Assembly (NCBI GenBank): GCA_965242925.1
Contig: CBDEUM010000004.1
Coordinates: 64,001 to 128,000 of the forward strand
DNA: 64,000 nucleotides
Direction: 5' to 3'
DNA from: Roseibacillus sp.
Lineage (GTDB): Bacteria > Verrucomicrobiota > Verrucomicrobiia > Verrucomicrobiales > Akkermansiaceae
Made by a program: the position numbers and the translations under genes. Positions 18,842 to 28,495 of this stretch are shown piece by piece; the stretch's first letter is position 1; each line of letters begins with the position of its first letter. Under the pieces are notes generated by a model. That model was not told where the DNA came from. It searched no databases and saw only the letters and a list, made by a program, of their open reading frames with translations.

Positions 18842-19906
18842 TCACTTGGAGCGAACACAGCGGAATCCGGTGTGATTGGTGGGCGAGAGGGACTCCGAGT
18901 AGTGCCGGGCGGCCGGTCGATAGCGCAGGCAGTAGGTGTGGTGGCAGAGATGAGATCCTCCCTTGGTGACCCAGAGCCAGGCCAGTCGGTGGAAAGGTTT
19001 CTCGGCGGGATAGGCCTTGCTCTGGAGAAATTCCTGTACCATGGGCTGGCTTACCGGGTTGTCGGGGCCCTTGGGATTGGCCTTTGGTTCCGGGAGTTTG
19101 ACGAAGGTTGCGTAGTAGTCCGGTCGATAGAGATCAGCGCAGTGCTCCCATACATTTCCGGCCATGTCGTAGAGTCCGTAGGAGTTCGGGGGGAAGGATT
19201 TTGCGGGTGAGGTGCCCGGGAAACCGTCTTTGGCGGTGTTGATGTTCGGAAATTCCCCCTGGAACACGTTGGCCAGCCATTTCCCCCCGAGCTGCGGCTC
19301 GTCACCCCACATGAAAAGTTTGTGATTAAGGCCTCCCCGGGCCGCGCGTTCCCATTCGGCCTCGGTGGGAAGCCGCTTTCCGGCCCATTTGCAATAGGCA
19401 AGCGCGTCTTCGTGAGTGACGCAGACCACTGGATGACTCATCCGGTCCTTGATGCTGGAAGCCGGACCCTGCGGATGCCGCCAGTTGGCGCCCTGTATGA
19501 ATTGCCACCACTGCCACTCGGCACCGGGACGAAACAGCTCCACCTTGGCGCGAGGAGACTTGAAAAGAAGTGCTCCGCCCTTGAGTTGATCGGGAGGAGC
19601 GTCGGGAAAATCCTTGGGATCCCAGCCACGCTCGGCCTGGGTCTGGTAGCCGGTCGCCTTGGCGAATTCCATGAACTGGCGGTTGGTGACTTCGGTGAGA
19701 TCCATCCAGAACCCGTCTACCGTCACGGAATGAACGGGGGCCTCTTCCGGATATTCGGCTCGGGTCTGCTTGAATTTATGGTCTGATCCCCGGGTGAAGG
19801 TGCCCCCGGGAATCCAGACCATGCCCTCCGGGGCGGGCTTTTCCTGTCCAGGGGAAGAGGACGCGCCGAGGCCGAGCAGAAGCAGGGAAAGGATGGGGGT
19901 GCGCAT
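18842..19906 (-). CDS. Formylglycine-generating enzyme family protein (SUMF1/FGE) with signal peptide
   Basis: RLPTEAEWERAARGG, NSYGLYDMAGNVWE, KGGSHLCHHTYCLRYRPAAR, HTGFRCV. Confidence 0.92.
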   Translation of the reverse strand: MRTPILSLLLLGLGASSSPGQEKPAPEGMVWIPGGTFTRGSDHKFKQTRAEYPEEAPVHSVTVDGFWMDLTEVTNRQFMEFAKATGYQTQAERGWDPKDFPDAPPDQLKGGALLFKSPRAKVELFRPGAEWQWWQFIQGANWRHPQGPASSIKDRMSHPVVCVTHEDALAYCKWAGKRLPTEAEWERAARGGLNHKLFMWGDEPQLGGKWLANVFQGEFPNINTAKDGFPGTSPAKSFPPNSYGLYDMAGNVWEHCADLYRPDYYATFVKLPEPKANPKGPDNPVSQPMVQEFLQSKAYPAEKPFHRLAWLWVTKGGSHLCHHTYCLRYRPAARHYSESLSPTNHTGFRCVRSK

Positions 19907-19953
19907 TGTGGTTTGGCTTTCTGTGAATAAATGATCATTTTCACGCACTGGCT

Positions 19954-20727
19954 ATGACCAAATTTCGGCCATGCATTGACCTGCACGACGGTAAGGTGAA
20001 GCAGATCGTGGGGGGATCTTTTCGTGATGACGGTTCCGCACCGGAGGAAAATTTCGTCTCCGGGCAGGATGCCGGCTGGTTTGCCGGGAAATTCCGGAAG
20101 GATGATCTGGCGGGCGGGCATGTCATCATGCTTGGACCAGGGAATGAAGAGGCCGCCCGCCGGGCGCTGGCAGAGTGGCCCGGAGGTCTTCAGGTGGGTG
20201 GCGGAATCACGCTGGTGAATGCGGCCGCCTGGCTGGAGGCAGGAGCCAGTCATGTCATTGTCACTTCGTGGCTCTTTGATGAAGAGGGTCGATTTCTTCC
20301 GGAGCGTCTCCGAGCGCTCTCACGCGAGATCGGGGCGGAACGGATCGTGGTGGACCTGAGTTCACGCCGCAGGGCCGGCGGGTGGACGGTTGCGATGAAT
20401 CGGTGGCAGACCCTCACCGATCTGGAGATCACCACTCAACTGCTTGACCGTCTGGGAGGTGACTGTGCGGAGTTCCTGGTGCACGCCGCCGACGTGGAAG
20501 GAAAGTGTGAGGGGATCGATGCTGATCTGGTCGAACTTCTCGGGTCATGGGGAGGGAGACCCATGACCTATGCCGGAGGGGTGGCGAACATGAGCGATCT
20601 CAAACTGGTGGAAGAGGGCAGCGGCGGCAGGGTCGACGTGACGGTTGGGAGTGCCTTGGACCTTTTTGGTGGAAGCGGAATCACATATAAGCAGTTGAGG
20701 GCCTGGAATACGGGCGAACGCGAATGA
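19954..20727 (+). CDS. hisA: ProFAR isomerase, His6/eukaryotic type
   Basis: FRPCIDLHDGKVKQIVGG, GGHVIMLG, LQVGGGI, SHVIVTSW, EFLVHAADVEG, VTVGSALDLFGG. Confidence 0.93.
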   Translation: MTKFRPCIDLHDGKVKQIVGGSFRDDGSAPEENFVSGQDAGWFAGKFRKDDLAGGHVIMLGPGNEEAARRALAEWPGGLQVGGGITLVNAAAWLEAGASHVIVTSWLFDEEGRFLPERLRALSREIGAERIVVDLSSRRRAGGWTVAMNRWQTLTDLEITTQLLDRLGGDCAEFLVHAADVEGKCEGIDADLVELLGSWGGRPMTYAGGVANMSDLKLVEEGSGGRVDVTVGSALDLFGGSGITYKQLRAWNTGERE

Positions 20728-21527
20728 AGGCATTTGGAGTAATCATCGTTATCATGGTAGTGGTCCTGCTGGTGGGCGGAGTTCATCGCAGGATGAGAAA
20801 CCGTCGCCGGGGTGAGGTGCGGGCCATGCTCCTGGGCGAAGAGGAACGGGCCCTCCTTCACGAGAAGGTTCCGCTTTATGCGCGCATGCCGGTTGGCCTC
20901 CAGCATAAGCTCGAAGGATTGGCCCAGGGCTTCATCCACGAGATTGGATTCGAACCCTGCGGACATCTGGACGAAGTGACTCCTGAGATGCAGTTGATCA
21001 TTGCGTCTCAGGCCTGCCTCTTGCTGCTGGAAAGCGGCTACGACCACTTCGGCCGGTTGCGCAGTGTGCTGATCTATCCCGATGCCTATCAGGTCCGGGA
21101 CGAAATGGGGGTGGAGAGCATACGACTGGGCGAGAGCTGGCGGAATGGAAGTGTCGTGCTCTCGTGGGAGAGTGTGCGGCAGGGATCCAGGAATCCGGAG
21201 GACGGACGGAACGTCGTCCTCCATGAGTTTGCCCACCAACTGGATCAATTTGACGGGCGGGCCGATGGGCTCCCGGTATTGAAGAGTCGGAGTGATTATC
21301 CGGAATGGACCGAGGCGATGAGGGCCTCTTATCAAAAGCTGCGGACAAGGGTGGAGAGGGGAGCCCGGACGGTCCTGGACGATTACGGGGCCACGAATCC
21401 CGCCGAGTTCTTTGCGGTTGCCACGGAGACTTTTTTTGAGAAGCCCAGGCAACTGGGGAGGGAGCACCAGGGTCTCTACGAGCAAATGAAACGCTTCTAC
21501 GGTCTCGATCCTCTTGAGTGGGAGTAA
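20724..21527 (+). CDS. mtfA: MtfA/peptidase M90 family zinc metallopeptidase
   Basis: IASQACL, LGESW, NVVLHEFAHQLD, YGATNPAEFFAVATETFFE. Confidence 0.9.
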   Translation: MKAFGVIIVIMVVVLLVGGVHRRMRNRRRGEVRAMLLGEEERALLHEKVPLYARMPVGLQHKLEGLAQGFIHEIGFEPCGHLDEVTPEMQLIIASQACLLLLESGYDHFGRLRSVLIYPDAYQVRDEMGVESIRLGESWRNGSVVLSWESVRQGSRNPEDGRNVVLHEFAHQLDQFDGRADGLPVLKSRSDYPEWTEAMRASYQKLRTRVERGARTVLDDYGATNPAEFFAVATETFFEKPRQLGREHQGLYEQMKRFYGLDPLEWE

Positions 21528-21621
21528 CTTGTCGGATCGAAAGGGTCTTCCTGGAAGAGAATCAGAGATTCCCGGCTTGATTTAGTTAACTTTTCTTAAT
21601 ATTCTTTTCCGGAATTGCGAG

Positions 21622-22719
21622 ATGAGTGACGCCGCCCCCCCCTTGGAACCAGACCCCTTTGAAGAAACCCTCGCTCCCCTCCCGACCAAGGAGGACGAGG
21701 ATAGTGTAGAGACAAGCAAGCCGAAGGCTGTTACCGCGGAGGCTTCGCCGGAAGGGAGTCAGCACGGTGAGGGCGTGGAGCCTGGGCAGGGGCGCAGATC
21801 GAATGTCCTGGCCCGGGTGGAACGCCTTGACCGGGACGCAGAGGATGCCGCGGAGACGACGATTCCAACCGGACCCCGGTGGAAGTTCTGGAAACGTCCT
21901 AATAAACGTGACCGGCAACTCGATACATTGCGACAGGGCGCGACCGAAATGGTCGGCCTGCTGAGATCCATCCGCGATCGTCTTGAAGGTGAGCACAGCG
22001 ATCGCAAGGGGTTGATGAAGACCCTCACGCCTCTCCCCGTTGCAGTGGAGAGCCTTCAATCGATGAGCGAGTGCCAGGCCGAGACCGGTCGCACCTTGAC
22101 GGGATTGAGGAAGACCCTTGAGCAAAGGGCGGAAAAGGATGGTCTGATGATACGTTCCCTGGATCGGATGGGGCACACGATGACGCACGTGGAGGAGACT
22201 TTCGAGAAACTTGGGAAAACTCTTACCGGGATGGATCAGGCCAACCAGCTCAGCGCCAAGAATATGGAGTTGCTCGGTGAACGCGTTTCGGATTCCGGGC
22301 GCTTCATGAACGAGTCATTCGTTCAACTGCGGGAAGCTGAACGGGATTTCACCAATTACCTGTCCCGGACTTCACGCCGCAGTGGCATGGCAATGGTAGC
22401 GGTTTGCAGTCTTCTGGTCGTGTCCGTGGTGGCGGTAGGATTCATGTTCCGGGAGAATCGAAACCTGTTGACCGCGGTCCAGCAGAACGGGTCGCTCGTG
22501 GTTCAGGTTCCTCGGAATGAACCCAAGGCCGAAGCATCCCACAGACTGGCGCTTTTTGATGAGCAACTGAGACAGGTTGATGACGGGATCCAGGAGCCCG
22601 ATCGTGAAATCGTGACGAAACCAGGGGATCTGGAGGCTGGCAGGGCGGAAGAGGTTGTTCCTGTGGACACGGAGGCCACCGGGTTGCTCTCCATACGCAA
22701 ACCGCCTCCCAGGGAGTAG
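21622..22719 (+). CDS. Hypothetical coiled-coil protein with one TM helix
   Basis: Acidic disordered N-terminus, RWKFWKR motif, long heptad-like region, hydrophobic segment GMAMVAVCSLLVVSVVAVGFMF. Confidence 0.7.
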   Translation: MSDAAPPLEPDPFEETLAPLPTKEDEDSVETSKPKAVTAEASPEGSQHGEGVEPGQGRRSNVLARVERLDRDAEDAAETTIPTGPRWKFWKRPNKRDRQLDTLRQGATEMVGLLRSIRDRLEGEHSDRKGLMKTLTPLPVAVESLQSMSECQAETGRTLTGLRKTLEQRAEKDGLMIRSLDRMGHTMTHVEETFEKLGKTLTGMDQANQLSAKNMELLGERVSDSGRFMNESFVQLREAERDFTNYLSRTSRRSGMAMVAVCSLLVVSVVAVGFMFRENRNLLTAVQQNGSLVVQVPRNEPKAEASHRLALFDEQLRQVDDGIQEPDREIVTKPGDLEAGRAEEVVPVDTEATGLLSIRKPPPRE

Positions 22720-22792
22720 TCGCCTTCGTGATCCGGTATGCGGGCTTCCGGCTTCCGGTTTCCCACCAGTTGGGGTAAAAAAGGAGGAGCGC

Positions 22793-23320
22793 ATGTGGTA
22801 TTACCTGCAAAACGGCCAGCAAGTGGGACCGGTTTCGAAGGAAGAGTTACAGGGACTTCTTCAGAGGCAGTCCCTTCCGGTGACCACCGGGATCTGGAGC
22901 AGGGGCATGCCGGAATGGGTGCCCGCCAACCAGGTGGCCGAGGTGATGGCGGGTGTAAGCGGTGGGTATATACCGCAACCTGTTGCTGGTGGCGCTTATA
23001 CGAGGGTTTCTGGACCTGCTCCCTGCGGGATGGCGATCGCCAGCATGGTCCTGGGAATCATAGGTGTGCTAGGGGCGGTGATCCTCACCTCAGTTCCCGC
23101 GATCATATGCGGCCATATCGCACGTCGACAGATTCGAGATGCGGAAGGACGGGTAGGGGGAGAGGGAATGTCTCTGACGGGGTTGATCCTCGGCTATATG
23201 GTAACGGTGCTGAGCGTGCTTGCGATTGGGTTCGTTATCGTGATGATGTGGGTTGTAGTGGATGCGGCGGCCAGTTATCCGTCAACTCCCACTCCTGCGC
23301 CTCTTCCGTCCGCGCCGTAA
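22793..23320 (+). CDS. GYF_2 (DUF4339) + DUF4190 membrane protein
   Basis: MWYYLQNGQQVGPVS...IWSRGMPEW; GMAIASMVLGI...AIICGHIARRQIR...GEGMSLTGLILGY; AAGGAGG RBS upstream. Confidence 0.85.
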   Translation: MWYYLQNGQQVGPVSKEELQGLLQRQSLPVTTGIWSRGMPEWVPANQVAEVMAGVSGGYIPQPVAGGAYTRVSGPAPCGMAIASMVLGIIGVLGAVILTSVPAIICGHIARRQIRDAEGRVGGEGMSLTGLILGYMVTVLSVLAIGFVIVMMWVVVDAAASYPSTPTPAPLPSAP

Positions 23321-23404
23321 GGATAACCCCTTGGGGGTTCTTTCTCAGCGGCGTGGAAGGTCTTGACAAGCGATCCTCCCGAAGTGGATTAATTATGGCA
23401 GGCG

Positions 23405-23929
23405 ATGGAATGGTATTACGCGAAAAACAACAGGCAGGAAGGACCGGTGTCTGGCGCGACGCTCAAGAGCATGATTGTGTCGGGAGAGATTGCTTCTGCC
23501 GACCTGGTCTGGCAGGAGGGTATGGCTGAATGGAGGCCCGCAGCTGAGATCAATGATTTCGAGTCTGCGGGAGTTGTTGAGCCTGCGGGAATTGTGGCCC
23601 CTCCAGGCGGTTCCCAGATTCCGCAGACCCTTCCACCGGGTGTCCCCGGTGGGCAGATTCCTCCCGCGGCCCCTCCAAACAATTCCTCGGCCATTGCCAG
23701 CATGATATGCGGGATTGTAGGATTGTTCTCTCCATGCCTTTGTGGGTTTCCCGTGATCGCCTCAATTGTAGCGATCATAATGGGACATGTGGCCCGGGGT
23801 GAGATACGGAAGGCAGGAGGCATGCAGGGGGGCGATGGGATGGCCTTGGCGGGGCTTATCCTGGGCTATGTGGGAATAGGTCTATTTGTTGGGGGAATTG
23901 CATTTACGTTGTTGATGGAGGTTTCCTGA
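23405..23929 (+). CDS. GYF_2 (DUF4339) + DUF4190 membrane protein
   Basis: [16 protein letters not shown]...[20 protein letters not shown]...[29 protein letters not shown]. Confidence 0.85.
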   Translation: MEWYYAKNNRQEGPVSGATLKSMIVSGEIASADLVWQEGMAEWRPAAEINDFESAGVVEPAGIVAPPGGSQIPQTLPPGVPGGQIPPAAPPNNSSAIASMICGIVGLFSPCLCGFPVIASIVAIIMGHVARGEIRKAGGMQGGDGMALAGLILGYVGIGLFVGGIAFTLLMEVS

Positions 23930-24199
23930 CGGTTTCTCGGGAACTCCTGATAACGGCGGACAGGCGGCGACTGATCACGAGAGACCCTGGGCAGCGGGGG
24001 CGAGAAGCGGAGCAGGCCTTCTCGTGAAGGGACAGCAGGGCCGGGACTACGGCAGGGGGAATAACCGGACCAGGAGTTGCCCGGGGAGGGGCCCGATATC
24101 TTGCTGGCTCCAGCCCGGGTTCGTCAGTATTAATCAGTGCGCGACTGGGGTGGCTGTGAACTAGTTGAGTCTCGTCGCCTGAAACAAACAGACAGGAAA

Positions 24200-24715
24200 A
24201 TGGAGTGGTTCTACGCGAAGAATGGAAATCAGGAAGGACCGGTGTCCGGTGCAACCCTCAAGAGCATGATTGTGTCGGGAGAGATCGCCTCCACCGACCT
24301 GGTCTGGCGGGAAGGGATGGCCGACTGGAGCCCCGCAGCGACGATCAATGATTTTGAGTCTGCCGGAGTTGTTGAGTCTGCCGGGATCGTGGCTCCTCCG
24401 GGCGGTTCCCAGATCCCCCAGGGAGGTGTTCCGCAACCGGGGCAGGTGCCGGGGACTCCGGTAGCACACGCGCCGATTTCAAACTACCTCGTCCCGGCGA
24501 TCCTGGTGACGATTTTCTGCTGCTGGCCCTTCGGGATCCCGGCGATTGTTTTTGCGGCTAAGGTGGATGGCCTGGTCTCGCGTGGTGACATTGCGGGTGC
24601 GTTGGAGGCTTCCAGGAAGGCCAAGACCTGGACGTGGGTCTCCTTTGGCTGCGGGCTCGGTTCCATATTGCTATACGTTCTGGTTATGACGATCGGGATC
24701 GGCGCGGGACTGTGA
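24200..24715 (+). CDS. GYF_2 + CD225/dispanin family membrane protein
   Basis: GYF_2 N-terminus; NYLVPAILVTIFCCWPFGIPAIVFAAKV...GDIAGALEASRKAKTW is the CD225 signature (CC pair, GD..GA...S..AK). Confidence 0.88.
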   Translation: MEWFYAKNGNQEGPVSGATLKSMIVSGEIASTDLVWREGMADWSPAATINDFESAGVVESAGIVAPPGGSQIPQGGVPQPGQVPGTPVAHAPISNYLVPAILVTIFCCWPFGIPAIVFAAKVDGLVSRGDIAGALEASRKAKTWTWVSFGCGLGSILLYVLVMTIGIGAGL

Positions 24716-25125
24716 GACCGCGCCTGGCATTGCTGCTGGCACTGGGGGTTCTGGGTCTGCTGGGGCTCTGCTATATCCGGGGAAATGATCCGGAGGCAGG
24801 GGAAGCCTATTTCCCGAGGTGCATATTCCGGGAGGTCACCGGATTGCATTGCGCCGGGTGCGGCGCGACCAGGGCGGCCCATGCCTTGGCTAATCTCGAA
24901 CCAGGGGAGGCCTTCCGGAAGAATCCCCTGCTGATGATCCTGCTTCCCTTCCTGGTTATCGGGGTAGTGCTGGAATCGACGGCATGGGTGATCGGGGAAG
25001 GTTACCGTGGGCCCCGGGTGCGATTGCCGGGGCAGTTGGCGTGGTCCCTGCCGGTGGTCATCGTCGCATTCTGGATCCTCCGGAACATCCCGGGGTGGCC
25101 CTTCGAACTGCTGGCCCCCCGCTAG
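24712..25125 (+). CDS. DUF2752 family membrane protein
   Basis: CIFREVTGLHCAGCGATRA...NPL; C-terminal FWILRNIP; GTG start overlaps the upstream TGA (GTGA). Confidence 0.88.
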   Translation: MRPRLALLLALGVLGLLGLCYIRGNDPEAGEAYFPRCIFREVTGLHCAGCGATRAAHALANLEPGEAFRKNPLLMILLPFLVIGVVLESTAWVIGEGYRGPRVRLPGQLAWSLPVVIVAFWILRNIPGWPFELLAPR

Positions 25126-25134
25126 GTGCTGAAA

Positions 25135-25731
25135 TCAGGATGGACCGTTCTGGCGTCCGAGGCTCTCGACATACTTGGCCAGGATGTCCGCTTCCAGATT
25201 GACCCGCTGGCCGGGACGGGCTGACTGGAGGTTGGTGGCCTCGAAGGTATGAGGCGTGATCCAGAAGAGGGCGGATTTTTCCCGGAGTTCGGCAATGGTC
25301 AGGGAGATCCCGTCCACTGCCAGGGAGCCGCGGGGAATGCAGTAGCGCATCACGTCCGGGGGGAGCGTCACTTCGTAGCGGTGGTCCTGGCCGTGGGAAG
25401 AAAGATCGATGATTTCACCGGTGCCGTCGACGTGTCCCTGCACGAAATGTCCACCAAGACGTCCGTCTGCCGGGAGGGCCCGCTCCAGGTTGACCAGATC
25501 ACCGTTCCGCAGGCCGTCCAGCGAGGTGACCGAGAGGGTCTGGGTAAGGACGTCAAATCCGGCAGTGCCGCCCTCCTGGTGCGCCACCGTGAGGCAGCAT
25601 CCGTTGATGGACACGCTTTCCCCGATGGCGAGGGAATCCGCGGAGGGAACCTCAACCACCAGACGGGCCTGCTCATCAAGCGTTTCAAGCGAGGCGACGT
25701 GCCCGGTTGCTTCGACCAGTCCCGTGAACAT
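25135..25731 (-). CDS. ribE: Riboflavin synthase (alpha chain)
   Basis: MFTGLVE N-terminus, SINGCCLTV, VNLERAL, GGHFVQGHVD, VNLEADILAKYV. Confidence 0.96.
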   Translation of the reverse strand: MFTGLVEATGHVASLETLDEQARLVVEVPSADSLAIGESVSINGCCLTVAHQEGGTAGFDVLTQTLSVTSLDGLRNGDLVNLERALPADGRLGGHFVQGHVDGTGEIIDLSSHGQDHRYEVTLPPDVMRYCIPRGSLAVDGISLTIAELREKSALFWITPHTFEATNLQSARPGQRVNLEADILAKYVESLGRQNGPS

Positions 25732-25740
25732 AGGCGATGG

Positions 25741-27372
25741 TTATAGGAGCATGAATGCCATCCCGACGATGACCGTGGGCACGAGGGCAGCAAGAGCGAG
25801 TTTGGCAGGGGAAACGCCCCCCTGGAAGAACCGGCCCAGGATGGCCTGGCCGGCTGGATTCGGGGCATTGGCGATCACGGTGAGTCCCCCGCCCGTGACG
25901 GCACCGGCAACGACGGCATACTTGGCGGCGTCGGTCAGCTGGGGGGCCTGGGAGGCGAGGTAGGTGACCGCTGCATTGTCGTTGAAGGCAGTAAGGGTGG
26001 CCGCTCCGCTCATGAGAATCCACTCATTATGAAAGGTGGTGAGGAGGAGCTCAATCCACCAACCCTGGCATCCGCCGTGTACCACCAGCCCGGCCAGGAA
26101 ACATCCCACCAGGAGGGGCATGCGCATCCTGACGTCGTTCTGGTGGTGACCGGTAGCCTCGGTGAAACCCAGGAGGATGAGGAATCCGCCGAGGAAAAGC
26201 GGGGGATAGTGTGCCATGAAGACCGTCCAGCCGAGGAAAAGAAGATGAATGGCGGTTATGACGGGAGGAATAGCATCCTCCCGATCCTCCCAGCGCGCGG
26301 GCTGATTCGGATCATGTAGGCTGGGAGGATTCTCAAGATCGGAGAATTGCCTGCGGAAGAGAAGGAAATAGAGGGAGTTGGAGAGGATGATGCCGAGGAT
26401 GGCCTTCCAGCCGAAGTTGGTGATCATGAACCCCATGTCCCAATCCCATCGTTCGGCCACCATGAGGACCGGAGGGGCGGCAAACTGGGTGAGGGTGCCA
26501 CCGACGGAGACGTTCACGAACAGAAGACCGATGGTGGCATAAGCGAAGGTGGAACTTGGTTTCAGGGAGTAGAACCTTTTGGCCAGCAGGAGGGCCGCAA
26601 TGGTCATGGCCGCCGGTTCGGTGATGAAGGAACCCAGGAGGGGAGTGAGGGTCAGGGTGGAGAACCACCACGCCGCCGGGGTGCCGCCGAAAAGGCAGGC
26701 CACCCTGTTGACACAGGCTTCAGAGAGCCGGATGACGGGTCGGGTGGCGGCGATGGCCATGATGACAATGACGAAGAGCGGTTCGGTGTAGGTGACGTCG
26801 TGACCGAGGTAGTGCTGGACCTCTCCGATTCCGTGCAGGAACCCGTTTCCGGGGGCGATGCCCTGGCACCAGACAACCGCTCCCGCGAGGGCGATGACCC
26901 AGATACCAAAGACAGCCTCAACCTCTCCCAGGGTATGGAAGAACCAGGCGCGGAAGGAGACGTCGTCCTTGGCGTCTTCCTCCGGTTTATCAACCGCCCT
27001 CCGCCTCTTCTCCTCGATCACCTTGCGGTGCCGGGCCTCATGGAGGTGAGCCCTTTCCTTGAAGACTCCCGAGAGGAAGGTGTGGAGAATGGCGCAGGCA
27101 AAGATGATGGTTGCGATCAGGTTGAAATGGTGCTGCGCAACTGCCCTTTTCCTGAGCTTTTCCCAGAGGGTGTTGTCCTTTCCTTCAAAGGCCACATGGT
27201 CGGGATCGGTGTAGGCCGGCAGGGGCAGGGGAAAATGGGCGTGCTGATCCTTCTCGAGCTTCCACTTCCCCCCCCTGGGGTAGGAGGGCTCCTGATCGCT
27301 GGCCGCGGAGGCAGGGCCCAGTCCTGAGAGGAGGATGAGGGCTAACAGGAGAAGGGCGCGCGCGCTGGTCAT
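25741..27372 (-). CDS. Putative Na+/H+ antiporter (DUF1504 family)
   Basis: LGEVEAVFGIW, LGSFITEPAAMT, LFVNVSVGGTLT, NDNAA, GGGLTVIANAPNPAG; about 11 TM helices. Confidence 0.85.
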   Translation of the reverse strand: MTSARALLLLALILLSGLGPASAASDQEPSYPRGGKWKLEKDQHAHFPLPLPAYTDPDHVAFEGKDNTLWEKLRKRAVAQHHFNLIATIIFACAILHTFLSGVFKERAHLHEARHRKVIEEKRRRAVDKPEEDAKDDVSFRAWFFHTLGEVEAVFGIWVIALAGAVVWCQGIAPGNGFLHGIGEVQHYLGHDVTYTEPLFVIVIMAIAATRPVIRLSEACVNRVACLFGGTPAAWWFSTLTLTPLLGSFITEPAAMTIAALLLAKRFYSLKPSSTFAYATIGLLFVNVSVGGTLTQFAAPPVLMVAERWDWDMGFMITNFGWKAILGIILSNSLYFLLFRRQFSDLENPPSLHDPNQPARWEDREDAIPPVITAIHLLFLGWTVFMAHYPPLFLGGFLILLGFTEATGHHQNDVRMRMPLLVGCFLAGLVVHGGCQGWWIELLLTTFHNEWILMSGAATLTAFNDNAAVTYLASQAPQLTDAAKYAVVAGAVTGGGLTVIANAPNPAGQAILGRFFQGGVSPAKLALAALVPTVIVGMAFMLL

Positions 27373-27455
27373 CGTTGGGGAGGGACTTTAAGCTCCGCCC
27401 TTGCAGGGGCAATGACAATTGGGTGTCTTGCCTGAAGCCTGTTTCGAGGTAGGCT

Positions 27456-28412
27456 ATGTGCGTGATGAGGACCTCGACAGGGTTGCTGATGGTTTCCCTC
27501 GCAGCTGGACTGATCTCTTCCTGTAGCCGGATTCAACGGCTGTCGCAGGGGGAACCTGAACCCAGTCCGGCGGAAGCCTTCCAGGTTCCCTCCATGTTCC
27601 AGCGCGGTGGAGGAAGGGGGAATGCCCAGGTCAAGGTGACTCTTGAGGATGCCTCTGAGTTAACGCCGGAGAATGCGGATCGGATCCGGAGCCGGGAGAA
27701 AGATCTGATGTGGACAGACCCCGACAATCCCGAACAAGGGTTGGAGGGGTTGGAAGAGGTCATGGCCGAGAGCTCCCGCAGGGGGCCCTGGCTCACCAGT
27801 TACTCGGAAGCCCGGCGGACGGCCATGCGCGAGGGAAAACCCATACTCGTCTGGTTCACCGATACGCAGTTCAGTCCGCTCTGCCGCTCCCTGGATGCCG
27901 AGGTCTTCTCCAAGGCTCCGTTCAAACAGTGGGCGTCAGGATCGGTAGTTCGGGTGCGACTAGATTTCAATGTGAAGGGACGGAGTGGGGGACCAGGTCG
28001 CTCCGCAATGGACGACAGGGTGCGTAAAGAGAACTACCTGCAGGCTATCAAGGAACGCTACAGGGTGCTGGGCCTTCCCACGGTGCTTGTCATGAACCCG
28101 GATGGGACCGTGGTGTCCCGCTACCGGGGCTACAAGAAGAGCTACTTCGACTTTTATCTGGCCCGGCTGAAGAACGATGCCGGGCGTGCTGTCCAACTTC
28201 ACCGGAAGTGGCAGGATAGCATGGAACGGCGTGGCTATCGGGAGTGGAAGGATGCCCGGGGGCGGACAGTCTTTGCGAAGCTGGCCCGATACCGTGGAGG
28301 GGACATGATCCTGGTCGAACCTGATGGCAAGCGTCTCAGTGCAAAGGAAAACAATCTCTCCGGTGCCGACCGGGCGTGGATAGCGACCGCAAAGGCGAAA
28401 AGCGGTAATTAG
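27456..28412 (+). CDS. Thioredoxin-fold lipoprotein with C-terminal SHD1-like domain
   Basis: Lipobox LISSC; GKPILVWFTDTQFSPLC (SxxC rather than CxxC); GLPTV; REWKDARGRTVFAKL...LSGADRAWI. Alternative start ATG 27465. Confidence 0.75.
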   Translation: MCVMRTSTGLLMVSLAAGLISSCSRIQRLSQGEPEPSPAEAFQVPSMFQRGGGRGNAQVKVTLEDASELTPENADRIRSREKDLMWTDPDNPEQGLEGLEEVMAESSRRGPWLTSYSEARRTAMREGKPILVWFTDTQFSPLCRSLDAEVFSKAPFKQWASGSVVRVRLDFNVKGRSGGPGRSAMDDRVRKENYLQAIKERYRVLGLPTVLVMNPDGTVVSRYRGYKKSYFDFYLARLKNDAGRAVQLHRKWQDSMERRGYREWKDARGRTVFAKLARYRGGDMILVEPDGKRLSAKENNLSGADRAWIATAKAKSGN

Positions 28413-28495
28413 ATCATTTGTGATTGGTTATCGAGGCGGGGAGGGAGCACAGTCCCGCCGAAGAGGCGCAAAGAGCGCTTAATCATCAAACCTCC

